64,000 bases of DNA, taken from positions 160,001 through 224,000 of the forward strand of contig CAVWUU010000001.1 in assembly GCA_963758295.1 (NCBI GenBank), given 5' to 3'. How positions within the stretch are numbered: the first letter of the stretch is position 1; every line of letters starts with the position of its first letter. A program made the position numbers and the translations under genes. The DNA is from Candidatus Eremiobacteria bacterium (GTDB taxonomy: Bacteria; Vulcanimicrobiota; Vulcanimicrobiia; Vulcanimicrobiales; Vulcanimicrobiaceae). Shown in pieces: positions 9,749 through 18,575 of this stretch. A model generated the notes under the pieces. It worked only from the letters and a program-made list of their open reading frames with translations, searched no databases and was not told where the DNA came from.

Positions 9749-10061
9749 TCCCGCACTCGGAATTTTCGCCGCACTTTTTCTGCTCGGCGCGTTATTCTTT
9801 GCCGCCGGCACCTGGCTTGCTCGCCGCGAAAGAGTCGCGCCCGTTTCCTTGCCGGTGGCGCCGATCACCTGGACGCAGGCCGTTGCCAATAGCGACGAAA
9901 CTTTCGCGCCTCAATTGCGTCTGGATATGATCGAACGCCTCGCCATGGTCGGGCAAGAGTGGTGTGTCGAGGTGCTGCAGCGCGCGCGTATCGAAGAAAC
10001 CGATCCCGCGATCGCCGACGCGATCGAACGCGCTCTCATCGTGATCGGCGCGCGCCGTTAG
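9735..10061 (+). CDS. N-terminally membrane-anchored HEAT-like protein (partner B)
   Basis: TTG at 9735 overlaps the paralog B stop. TM helix then RRER. RLDMIERLA...EVLQRA...DPAIADAIERAL parallels partner A. Confidence 0.7.
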   Translation: MLSSNPALGIFAALFLLGALFFAAGTWLARRERVAPVSLPVAPITWTQAVANSDETFAPQLRLDMIERLAMVGQEWCVEVLQRARIEETDPAIADAIERALIVIGARR

Positions 10062-11932
10062 TACGTGAAGTCCGGACTCTTCTTGAAGTATTTAACGAGA
10101 ATGTCACGCGCGATCGGCGCCGCAACGCTCGCGCCGTAGCCGCCGCTTCGATCCACGAACACCGCCATCGCGAGCTTCGGATGATCGGACGGCGCCCAAG
10201 CGACGAACCACGTCGTGTTTGCGCCCGATCCGTTCTCGCCGGTTTCAGCCGTTCCGGTCTTTCCGGAGAACGCCAACCCTTTGATCTTCAACCCATACGC
10301 CGTGCCGCCCGGATCGGTGACCTTGGCCATGCCTTCGCGCACGTATTTCAGCGCGTCTTCGGTAACCGGAACCTGGCGAATGATTTCGGGCGAGAACGAC
10401 TTGATCAGCTCGCCGCTTGGCGAGCGAATTTCGCGAACTACTTGCGGCTTATAGAGCGTGCCGCCATTGATGACGGCCGATGCAATGTTGGTGATTTGCA
10501 ATGGAGTTGCTTGCATTGCGCCTTGGCCGATTCCGAGCATGCACACTTCGCTCGGCTCCATGGGCACGTGGAACACTTTCATTTCCCATTCCGGCGTCGG
10601 CCAATTGCCGCTGATTTCACCGGGAAGATCGATGCCGGACTTCTTGCCCAAACCGTAGAGCAAGGCGTATTTTTGCAGGCGCTCGCGTCCAAGGCGCCAC
10701 GCCATTTGATAGAAGTACCCATCAGAAGAAGCGGCAAGCGCCGGGACGAACGTCGTGCGGCCCAATCCGCCCGAGGCGATGTCTCGCGCAATGTAGCCGC
10801 CGCAATTCCACGCGCCGCTGTCATAGACGACTTCGTCCGGCTTCACGACGCCTGCGCTGAGGGCGCCGGAGCCCGTCACCATCTTGAACGTAGAGCCGGT
10901 CGGCGTCGCGGCGCCGATCGCATTGTTGTATAGCGGATCGACGGGATCGAGAAGATACTTCGCGACCATCTTGTAGTTGTCGTCGGCGAAATCGTTCGGA
11001 TCGAACTCCGGGTAACTCGACATGGCGAGAATACCACCGGTCCACGGATCCTCTACGACCACCGCGCCCGAGAGTTTCCGTCCGTGCGCCCATTTTTGGA
11101 TGCCGTCTGCCAGCGCTTGATCGACGATCTGCTGCAAACGCAAATCGATATTGGTGACGACCTTGTCACCGGGAACCGCGGCTTTTGACGGCAGCTTGAT
11201 GCCGGGGACGACGGAGCCGGTGGCATCAACGACAACGCGTTGGCCGCCGGGCTCGCCACGCAAATATTTATCGTAAACGTACTCGAGCCCGTCTTTCCCG
11301 ATAACGTCGTTCGGCGAATACCCCTCGTGCTTTAGACGGTTGTATTCGTCCTCGGTGATCTGTCCGACGTAGCCGAAGACGTGCGCGCCCATGCCCTTGA
11401 ACGGATAATCGCGAATCGGTTGCACTTCGAGATCGACCCCGGGCAGGTCGGGCAACACTTCCGAAAGCCGCGCGACCGTTGCAACGGGCAGCCCTTCGTC
11501 AAGCACGACGGGTCCATAGGGCTCGTAGACCTGGACTTGATCGAAGTCGTCGTAGTTCACGCCGCGGTGGTGGAGCAGTTTCTTCCAAAGCGCTGCTTCC
11601 TTAACGTTCAACGTCTTTGCGAGCGTGCGCATTTCGCCGTTGACGTCGGTCACTTCGGATGGAATAAGGCCGACAACGAACGAGGGACGGCTGCGCACCA
11701 TCACTTTGCCGTATCGATCGAAAATAATGCCGCGCGGCGCCGCGACGCGGATCAAACGAACCTGGTTGGCTTGCGCTTGCGTCCGGTACATCTCGCCCTG
11801 GGCGATTTGCACTTGCACGAGCCGCACCACGATGGCGATGACGACCAGCGCGATGAATGTTGCGAAGCCGGCAACGCGCCATGGAGACTTCTGCCACGAT
11901 ATCCGAGGAAAGCGGCGGCGTTCGGTAATCAT
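10058..11932 (-). CDS. mrdA: Penicillin-binding protein 2
   Basis: TM anchor, APRGIIFDRYG, GKDGLE, STFK (SxxK), SSD (SxN-like) and KTG motifs. Lies downstream of mreCD. Confidence 0.93.
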   Translation of the reverse strand: MITERRRFPRISWQKSPWRVAGFATFIALVVIAIVVRLVQVQIAQGEMYRTQAQANQVRLIRVAAPRGIIFDRYGKVMVRSRPSFVVGLIPSEVTDVNGEMRTLAKTLNVKEAALWKKLLHHRGVNYDDFDQVQVYEPYGPVVLDEGLPVATVARLSEVLPDLPGVDLEVQPIRDYPFKGMGAHVFGYVGQITEDEYNRLKHEGYSPNDVIGKDGLEYVYDKYLRGEPGGQRVVVDATGSVVPGIKLPSKAAVPGDKVVTNIDLRLQQIVDQALADGIQKWAHGRKLSGAVVVEDPWTGGILAMSSYPEFDPNDFADDNYKMVAKYLLDPVDPLYNNAIGAATPTGSTFKMVTGSGALSAGVVKPDEVVYDSGAWNCGGYIARDIASGGLGRTTFVPALAASSDGYFYQMAWRLGRERLQKYALLYGLGKKSGIDLPGEISGNWPTPEWEMKVFHVPMEPSEVCMLGIGQGAMQATPLQITNIASAVINGGTLYKPQVVREIRSPSGELIKSFSPEIIRQVPVTEDALKYVREGMAKVTDPGGTAYGLKIKGLAFSGKTGTAETGENGSGANTTWFVAWAPSDHPKLAMAVFVDRSGGYGASVAAPIARDILVKYFKKSPDFTY

Positions 11933-11935
11933 GAC

Positions 11936-12238
11936 CTAACGATGCTCGAACCGGCGAATGACCAGCACCAACGCGAGGGCGAACACGGATATGGCCGCGC
12001 CCTCCATCAGCATTTCATAGGCACGCGCGCGACGGTGCAGCACCGGTGCAGAATCGCCGGCGGTCCGAATTTGATTTTCGCGCGCCGCCGTCTGGTACGT
12101 GTTGCCCTGTGCGAGCTGCACTTGCGCCAGCCGGAAGACTATCGCAAGAATCACGGCCGCAATCAACGTCGCAAACGCAACGATGCGCACGCGAGATTTG
12201 TGCCATGAGACGCGCGGAAAACGGCGCCGTTCGATCAT
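11936..12238 (-). CDS. Chimeric two-TM mini-protein: PBP2 N-terminus fused to MreD C-terminus
   Basis: Residues 1-58 match the MrdA N-terminus. The end EMLMEGAAISVFALALVLVIRRFEHR matches the MreD end EALIEAALNAAIMIVVMLFVRRLEHR. Confidence 0.7.
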   Translation of the reverse strand: MIERRRFPRVSWHKSRVRIVAFATLIAAVILAIVFRLAQVQLAQGNTYQTAARENQIRTAGDSAPVLHRRARAYEMLMEGAAISVFALALVLVIRRFEHR

Positions 12239-12239
12239 G

Positions 12240-12764
12240 TTATCGATGCTCGAGCCGGCGGACGAAAAGCATTACGACAATCATGATAGCTGCGTTTAGC
12301 GCCGCTTCGATGAGCGCTTCATGAAAATGGAGTCTTGCAAGGCCGCTCGGATACCCTTCCAGCGCCATGACGATCCAGAACAACAGCGATCGCAGCAGCG
12401 AAGCAATCGCCGTAATCAACGAAACGAGGGGAATGGAATCGGCAAAGAAGCCGCGCGAGAGTGTACCGGCGATAATCGCGACGAGCGTCGTGGAAATCGT
12501 CCATGCGCCCCCCGTTAACGTCGCGAGAATATCTTCGCATATGCCTGCGGCAAGTCCGTAAATTGCGGCGCGCCGTGTATTCACCCGAATCGCGTACCAC
12601 ACGACGGCAACTAGCACCAAGCTCGGTTCGGCGCCGCGAACGTTGGCGTAGTGCATCACCGTTACTTGCGCAAGCAGCGCAACGGCAAGCCAGCCGGCGG
12701 CGGTTATCCACGACGGTCCGGAAAACGGAGCTTCGTGAGCGACCTTACTTCGGGACGACGACAA
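12240..12764 (-). CDS. mreD: Rod shape-determining protein MreD
   Basis: Multi-TM 174 aa, PSLVLVAVVWYA and GLAAGICEDI, positioned between mreC and mrdA. Confidence 0.88.
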   Translation of the reverse strand: MSSSRSKVAHEAPFSGPSWITAAGWLAVALLAQVTVMHYANVRGAEPSLVLVAVVWYAIRVNTRRAAIYGLAAGICEDILATLTGGAWTISTTLVAIIAGTLSRGFFADSIPLVSLITAIASLLRSLLFWIVMALEGYPSGLARLHFHEALIEAALNAAIMIVVMLFVRRLEHR

Positions 12765-13506
12765 CGCGATCGAGAGTGCCGAGATTGACGGCGGGTTTCA
12801 ACACGGCGGTTTGATAGAGCGTCGCGTCGCCGCGTTCGATTCGCACCACGCGTCCGATCGGCACGCCTGCATGGAACGAATGACCTTCGCCGGTAACCAC
12901 GACGTCGTTTAGCTTGACCGGCGCGTCTTGCGGTAAAAATTCGACGCGCACGCTTGTGAGGTTGCCGCGCGCGATGCCCCAATACCGGCCGCGTTGCGTT
13001 ACCGCGGGAAGCCGGCTCGTGTAGTCGGTGATCAAGACGATCTTGCTCGAGAACGGCGCGACCGATTCGACACGTCCGACAATGCCTCCGGCGCCGACCA
13101 CGCCGTCGTCCTTATGGACGCCGGCATTGCTTCCGCGATCGATCGTCACCGAACGCGTCGCATTCTCCGGCGGGAAGCCGATGACGCGCGCTTCGATGGC
13201 ATGCGGATAGAGATTGACGATAGGTTGAACGGAAACTTCGGCAGCGTACTCGGCCGCGAGTTCGTGCAAGCGTTGGTTCTCGAGTTTCAATGCGGTGTTC
13301 TCCGACCGCAAGGAACCATTGTCGCGTTCGAGCTGCGGCAACTGGACGATGGCCGCTGCTCCCCCGCGCACGCCGCCGGCAATTGCGGAAGTGGCCATTT
13401 CGACAAACGAAACGAGGGAAGTACCGACGGTTTCGAGCGGGCTGATTTGTCCCGAACGCTCAGCATTAATCTGCACGAGCGCGAGCAGCGCCGCTACGAT
13501 GATCAC
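12745..13506 (-). CDS. mreC: Rod shape-determining protein MreC (true start may be upstream at 13551)
   Basis: TM helix, coiled coil (LRSENTALKLENQRL), TIDRGSNAGV, VVTGEG...PIGRV. Confidence 0.9.
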   Translation of the reverse strand: MIIVAALLALVQINAERSGQISPLETVGTSLVSFVEMATSAIAGGVRGGAAAIVQLPQLERDNGSLRSENTALKLENQRLHELAAEYAAEVSVQPIVNLYPHAIEARVIGFPPENATRSVTIDRGSNAGVHKDDGVVGAGGIVGRVESVAPFSSKIVLITDYTSRLPAVTQRGRYWGIARGNLTSVRVEFLPQDAPVKLNDVVVTGEGHSFHAGVPIGRVVRIERGDATLYQTAVLKPAVNLGTLDRVVVVPK

Positions 13507-13572
13507 CGTTATGAGCGCGAAGAGTCTGCGCTCGTCTCGATACGTAAAGATGTTGGCCCTCGGAATAAATCC

Positions 13573-14181
13573 TTAGCTTATGGCTTGCTGTTTCGTTACG
13601 GGGAGCGTGAATCCCAACCTGCGAAGCGCCCGAACGAACCGTGCGAGCGGGAACCCCATGACCGTGTAAAAATCGCCGTCGATGGCTTCGACCAGCGACG
13701 CCGCGCGGCCCTGAATCCCGTACGCACCTGCTTTATCCATCGGCTCGCCGGTGGCAACATATTCGTCAATTTCACTTGCCGTCAAGGAATAGAATCTCAC
13801 TCGCGTGGTGACCGACTCTTCGATCGCCCGCTCGGCTCCCGCGGGCAGAAGCGCGAACGCCGTATGCACAAGATGCTCGCGACCGGACAAGCATTGAAGC
13901 ATGCGCACGGCTTCTGCATGGTCCTTCGGTTTGCCGAGCGCAACCCCATCGACGTCGACGACGGTATCGGCCGCAACGATGAGTTCCTGGTTGCCCACTT
14001 GCGCCGCTACGTCCCGCACTTTCTCCAGCGCGTGCCGCGTCGCTAAGTCCAGGGGCGTTGCCGCCGGATCTTCCGGTTCGTCGTAGCGGCTCGGTTGCAC
14101 CGCTACTTCAAGTCCCAGCGATTGCAGTAGTTCAAGTCTTCTCGGGGATGCGCTTGCCAGAACCAGGCGCTCCAAAATCAT
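13573..14181 (-). CDS. maf: Maf family nucleoside triphosphate pyrophosphatase
   Basis: LVLASASPRRLELL, AADTVV, GKP, DKAGAYGIQG. Confidence 0.93.
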   Translation of the reverse strand: MILERLVLASASPRRLELLQSLGLEVAVQPSRYDEPEDPAATPLDLATRHALEKVRDVAAQVGNQELIVAADTVVDVDGVALGKPKDHAEAVRMLQCLSGREHLVHTAFALLPAGAERAIEESVTTRVRFYSLTASEIDEYVATGEPMDKAGAYGIQGRAASLVEAIDGDFYTVMGFPLARFVRALRRLGFTLPVTKQQAIS

Positions 14182-14239
14182 GCGTGGTCTCCATGGAACC
14201 AGCACGAACGTGACCCGAACAGCTGGCCGGCGATAACCG

Positions 14240-14386
14240 CTAAAAACCTTCCCCGACCGGCAATACCCGCCTGCACGTCGCCGACAGCGACCTTATGACG
14301 ATAGGCGAGGCGCTTTCAAGCGGCTCGTATTCGGGCGTGTCGGCATGGCCGTTCGGATGAACGACCATGACAGTGGCACCGTGCAT
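14240..14386 (-). CDS. Putative 48-aa small protein
   Basis: AGGAGG 5 nt before ATG. Translation MHGATVMVVHPNGHADTPEYEPLESASPIVIRSLSATCRRVLPVGEGF. Confidence 0.35.
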   Translation of the reverse strand: MHGATVMVVHPNGHADTPEYEPLESASPIVIRSLSATCRRVLPVGEGF

Positions 14387-14470
14387 CGTGTCCTCCTAGG
14401 CGCCTATCTTCATCGCCGTGGTGCGCGAGAGCTATAGGCCTATTCGTATTCGCCCTAACGCAATAGCGCG

Positions 14471-15712
14471 CTAGCCGTTTATGACGACGGTGTATCCGCC
14501 GACTGTCTGGCCGCCTTGGCTCGCAGAAACGCGATATACCTGAGCCTGTCCGGCCGCCGGCGGAGCATCCGTCGTCGTAAACGCAACTTGTTGATCGTCG
14601 CCATTGACGTTTTGGGCCTGCGCTCCCGGTGCAGCTTTTTGTGCACCGCCGACTGGAGACGGCGGCGAAAGCAATGGCGCACCGGTAGGTGCCGCCGGCG
14701 CAGGAAACCCGCCTCGCGTTCCCGTTTGCAGCTGCAACCACGGCATCGCGGAGGGCTGCGTGCGTTCCACTTGCACCGTGGCCGGCGCGCCGAAAAGCGG
14801 TCCGACCTTTAACAGCAAGAGCGGTGCGGTTGCGGCTTCGGCTGCCGTCATGACGTGAATGTTGCGCTGAGCGATGTGCCGGTTGAGCGAGGCATCCCAC
14901 TCCGGAGTCGACAACGCATCGGAACACACGTCCCACGCGCGAACGATGAGGCATTCATGGCCGCCGTTCTCATACTTTGCTTCCCACGCTTCGGGACACT
15001 TCACGACCTTGTGTGAATTGGAACTGTAACGCGAGCCGAGAGCCGTGGTCGCCTGTCCGATCAAATGTGCGCCTCCGCCGTTGATTCCCAGCGACGGATC
15101 GATCCAGTAGAATTCGACGATGACGGCGTTGGCCGCCGATTTGCCGAAGTTCCAAATGTGTGCGTACACGGTATTCGGAGCATTCGCCAGCGCCGTTTGC
15201 CCGAGTTCCTTCGGCACGTCGGGTGCATCTTGGGGCAACACCCCGGCGAGCAGATAAATGTCCGGACTTTCCCAAAATGGCCCGCTGACCGGTCTCGTGC
15301 CGGTATCACCCGGATTCGCACGCATAAAAAGAAACGGCAGATACAGGTCTTTGCGCGGGCCGGGCCATGTTCCAATCGGATGCTTCCCTTGAACGTCACC
15401 AGGCGTTATGGGTGTGCCGCCGAGATCTCCGCGACTTGTACCAACCGTTTTTCCCGGCCGTCCAGACGGCGCGCCGGAGCCGCCACCACCAGCGCCCGGG
15501 GTGCCGCCACTACCGCCGCCGTGCTCGTGCTCCGTACATTCTTCGCAATCGTCGCGTTCGTGGCGCTCGTTGTGCGGTGGCCGGTAACGCACCGTGACTT
15601 CAAGCTCGGCGCCTTCGATGTGGACGACGTGATGTTCATCATGTTCGTGATGTTCGTGAGCTGCGGCATGGTTGTGGTGTTCGTGCTTTTTACGATCGCG
15701 ATCATCGGACAC
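14471..15712 (-). CDS. Hypothetical protein: His-rich/CxxC N-terminus, Gly linker, beta-rich C-terminal domain
   Basis: GTG start overlaps the upstream stop. HEHHNHAAAHEHHEHDEHH, CEEC, PFWESPDIY, VYAHIWNFG, GHECLIVR. Confidence 0.75.
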   Translation of the reverse strand: MSDDRDRKKHEHHNHAAAHEHHEHDEHHVVHIEGAELEVTVRYRPPHNERHERDDCEECTEHEHGGGSGGTPGAGGGGSGAPSGRPGKTVGTSRGDLGGTPITPGDVQGKHPIGTWPGPRKDLYLPFLFMRANPGDTGTRPVSGPFWESPDIYLLAGVLPQDAPDVPKELGQTALANAPNTVYAHIWNFGKSAANAVIVEFYWIDPSLGINGGGAHLIGQATTALGSRYSSNSHKVVKCPEAWEAKYENGGHECLIVRAWDVCSDALSTPEWDASLNRHIAQRNIHVMTAAEAATAPLLLLKVGPLFGAPATVQVERTQPSAMPWLQLQTGTRGGFPAPAAPTGAPLLSPPSPVGGAQKAAPGAQAQNVNGDDQQVAFTTTDAPPAAGQAQVYRVSASQGGQTVGGYTVVING

Positions 15713-18401
15713 GGCGCTTCCCCTTTGTGGAAACCTTGGCAACGGGCCGGCTAGGCACGGAGAGGGTTCGTTGCGCTACTCGCGGCTGCGGAGCGGCCGG
15801 AATGCGTGGCTTATCAACGTAGAGCAGACGCATCGGGGCATTTGGGCTTGAAAGCCAGCCAACGGCGGTTTGCGGCCATACTTGCGGCGGCCGAAACGCA
15901 AATCCCAAATCTTCTTCGGTCGTCGCTTGTATCGTGCGCGCCCAATCCCACGTCAAATATCCGAACGCACGATCCGAATCGAGATTGAACTGCGTCGCGT
16001 AAGCGCGGTCGTTCAGCACTCTTCCGATCAAATATGCCGTGAACGGGATCGGGTCGCCAAGCGGGCTGTCCGCGGTCTGCGGATTGATATTCGCCATATT
16101 GAGGCGATCGGTTTCCATAGGCGACGACGAGAGCTCGTACGCGCTTCGCGTGCGCGGATTCGCCGTCGGGTTCGTTCTGAAAAAGACGGCATCCGGAGTC
16201 GAGCCTTTCGGGAACGGACCGGGAACGACTGGCGGGCTGATGCGTGGGGCCCAGGTATCCTCGTCATCGACATTTACTTGATAGACCTGCTGTTCGGTAC
16301 GGTTTATCCCGTAGACGGGGGGCTTGGGCTCTGAACCGTCGGCAGCGAGCAGCGGTGTAATTTCGGGGTACGACCACGGACGTTTATAATCGCGCGTGTC
16401 GACACTATACGGCGGCATTTTCCCGGGTTGCGGTGTTTTGTTGGCGCTGTCGTAGAGCACCGCTTGATAGTACGGATAGGATGCGCCGCCGATGTCATGA
16501 GTTGGCGGCGGCACCGTGCGATCGAGATTTCCAAACGGATCGACGGCGTCGCCGAGAGCCTGCAAAAATGCATCGTCGACCGTTTTTCCGAGCGTCACGA
16601 GGGACTCGTCGATTTCGTTCGGCAGCATCAGCTCGCCGTCTGAATACTGCAGTTCGCCGTGCGGAACCACGAAACCAAGATGTGCGAGAATCTCGTGTGT
16701 TTTCGAGACGATGTCCCACACGAGCATCGATAATTCGTAGAGGGCCAGCCGGATTGGATAGCTGCCCGGACTGGCAAGCATCTTTATAAGATCACCGGCC
16801 AGCTTCAACGCAGCGTCGGCTTCTTTGTTGATCCAGTCATAAAGCGATTTCAGTGCATCGCATACGTCTTCAACGGGATCGGCGCTCGACGGTCCGCTGA
16901 AATCCGGCGGTGAGAGCAGATTTGTGACGTCGGAGCTCGGCGGAAAGATGACGACGTCCGGTGCGCGCGGCTTGGCCAGACTCCACGACGACACGTAGCT
17001 AAGACTGTAGAACGTGAGCATGAAGCGATAAAACGTTTGCACTTGCCACGGCAGCGGAAAGCCTTCGGGCACACCGATTGTGCTCGGCGGGGCAATGTCG
17101 TTGAGCAGTGTCGCAAAGGGCTGATCGAGGGCGTGTCCCGTTACCAGCTGAACGATCTGGGTCAAAAGACCGGCGTCGATCGTCTGCTGAAACGAATCAC
17201 CTTGATACACGCGGGGATGCGTGTAGGGCCGCCGTCCCGATTCGTCTTCCTTCGGCGTTTCATCGCCATAGGTGGCCTTCAGTGCTTCGACGATCGCTTC
17301 GGCCATCCACATCGGCATGTCGCCGTCGACGGTCTTCAGCATTGTCGAGGCGGCCGCCGGATCATCGGGGAGCGTGTCCGGGCGCTGATCGCCGTGCGGA
17401 TTATCGGAGGTCATCTGCACGCAGTACGCGATCACACCGTTGACGAGATCGGGATACGTGTCGGTAGCGCCCCAGGGGTCCTGCGGAATCGTTCCGCCGG
17501 CCGCGCTGTGACGATAATTCCATGCGTCGATGTGATTTTCGATCAAGTGATGGCGCTGCGGGTGATTGCGGAACGGTCCGCCGCACTGCTCGTTCACAAA
17601 TGAATGGCCGACCGTATCGAGTCCAACATGGGTCATCCATCCCAGGGCGAACGCCAGCATCTGCTCGAAATTATCGTTGCTCGTTGCCCGCAACGCTTCG
17701 GCCTGTGCGATCAGGTTCGTAACGATCGTCGTCGTGCGCCGGTAATGAAGTACGTCACCCCACAGAAACGACTGCTCATCCCAACCTTTGGATACGCACG
17801 TGTCGAATGCAGCGAAGATATCCGTGAACGTAAGCAATTCCAATTCACCGATGTTCACGATCGCATTTTTTAGTTGCGTGATGCCGTCGGCAAACGCGCT
17901 CACCACACCGCCCGTCAAATCATCGAGCGCGGAGTCCGCGGCGTCCACAAAGGGGCCAATGGTGCTAGCCCACACGCCGAGAAAGTCTTTCCAGATCTTT
18001 TCCAGCTCTAGCAAGAATCGCACAAGCGCGCCAAGCGTCGAGTTCACTTCATCTAAGATCAGCAGCATCGGCTCCCAATCTTGCTCTTCATTTGTTTTGT
18101 AGAAGTAGTACACCGCAAGTGCGAGCATGATGTTGTCGCTCGGCGGCACAACAGTGCCAAGCACTTTCGATGCGTAGTCCTGGGAAAAATAAAAGAGATC
18201 GGGCCCGATCGCTCCGATAGCAGTAAATTTTTCCCAGCGCTGCATGATCGTGCCGCAATATTGCGGCCCGTATGTGCCGATAGTGCCGGCGAATGCCGGA
18301 TTACCCTGTGCTGCAGGTCCGGTCCAATCAGGAACGTTACCGGCAGCGAGAAAATCCGCAACTCGTCGCGCCGTATAGATATGCGTAAAATGTGCAGGCA
18401 T
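15702..18401 (-). CDS. Large zinc-dependent phospholipase C / P1-nuclease-fold protein
   Basis: N-terminal MPAHFTH, GAIGPDLFYF, DVLHY, LGWMTHVGLDTVGHSFVN and HHLIENHID give the Zn-ligand pattern. About 600 aa of unknown C-terminus. Confidence 0.75.
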   Translation of the reverse strand: MPAHFTHIYTARRVADFLAAGNVPDWTGPAAQGNPAFAGTIGTYGPQYCGTIMQRWEKFTAIGAIGPDLFYFSQDYASKVLGTVVPPSDNIMLALAVYYFYKTNEEQDWEPMLLILDEVNSTLGALVRFLLELEKIWKDFLGVWASTIGPFVDAADSALDDLTGGVVSAFADGITQLKNAIVNIGELELLTFTDIFAAFDTCVSKGWDEQSFLWGDVLHYRRTTTIVTNLIAQAEALRATSNDNFEQMLAFALGWMTHVGLDTVGHSFVNEQCGGPFRNHPQRHHLIENHIDAWNYRHSAAGGTIPQDPWGATDTYPDLVNGVIAYCVQMTSDNPHGDQRPDTLPDDPAAASTMLKTVDGDMPMWMAEAIVEALKATYGDETPKEDESGRRPYTHPRVYQGDSFQQTIDAGLLTQIVQLVTGHALDQPFATLLNDIAPPSTIGVPEGFPLPWQVQTFYRFMLTFYSLSYVSSWSLAKPRAPDVVIFPPSSDVTNLLSPPDFSGPSSADPVEDVCDALKSLYDWINKEADAALKLAGDLIKMLASPGSYPIRLALYELSMLVWDIVSKTHEILAHLGFVVPHGELQYSDGELMLPNEIDESLVTLGKTVDDAFLQALGDAVDPFGNLDRTVPPPTHDIGGASYPYYQAVLYDSANKTPQPGKMPPYSVDTRDYKRPWSYPEITPLLAADGSEPKPPVYGINRTEQQVYQVNVDDEDTWAPRISPPVVPGPFPKGSTPDAVFFRTNPTANPRTRSAYELSSSPMETDRLNMANINPQTADSPLGDPIPFTAYLIGRVLNDRAYATQFNLDSDRAFGYLTWDWARTIQATTEEDLGFAFRPPQVWPQTAVGWLSSPNAPMRLLYVDKPRIPAAPQPRVAQRTLSVPSRPVAKVSTKGKRRVR

Positions 18402-18575
18402 GTGAGCCTCCGGGCGAACGCTTTTACAGCATAGCGTGTTTACCGCGAGAAAGCTGACACGTTGGCCCGAAAGGGCCTATCTGCAAGCAGCACGAGTGAG
18501 CTTGCGCCCGTTCCGATTTAGAATTCTTTGATCGGCCTCAAGAAAACCGGAACTGCGCGAGTTTGTCTGAGGGCG

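Noticed and set aside
14316..14954. 212-aa ORF overlapping the His-rich gene
   Set aside because: Off-frame overlap with no motifs.
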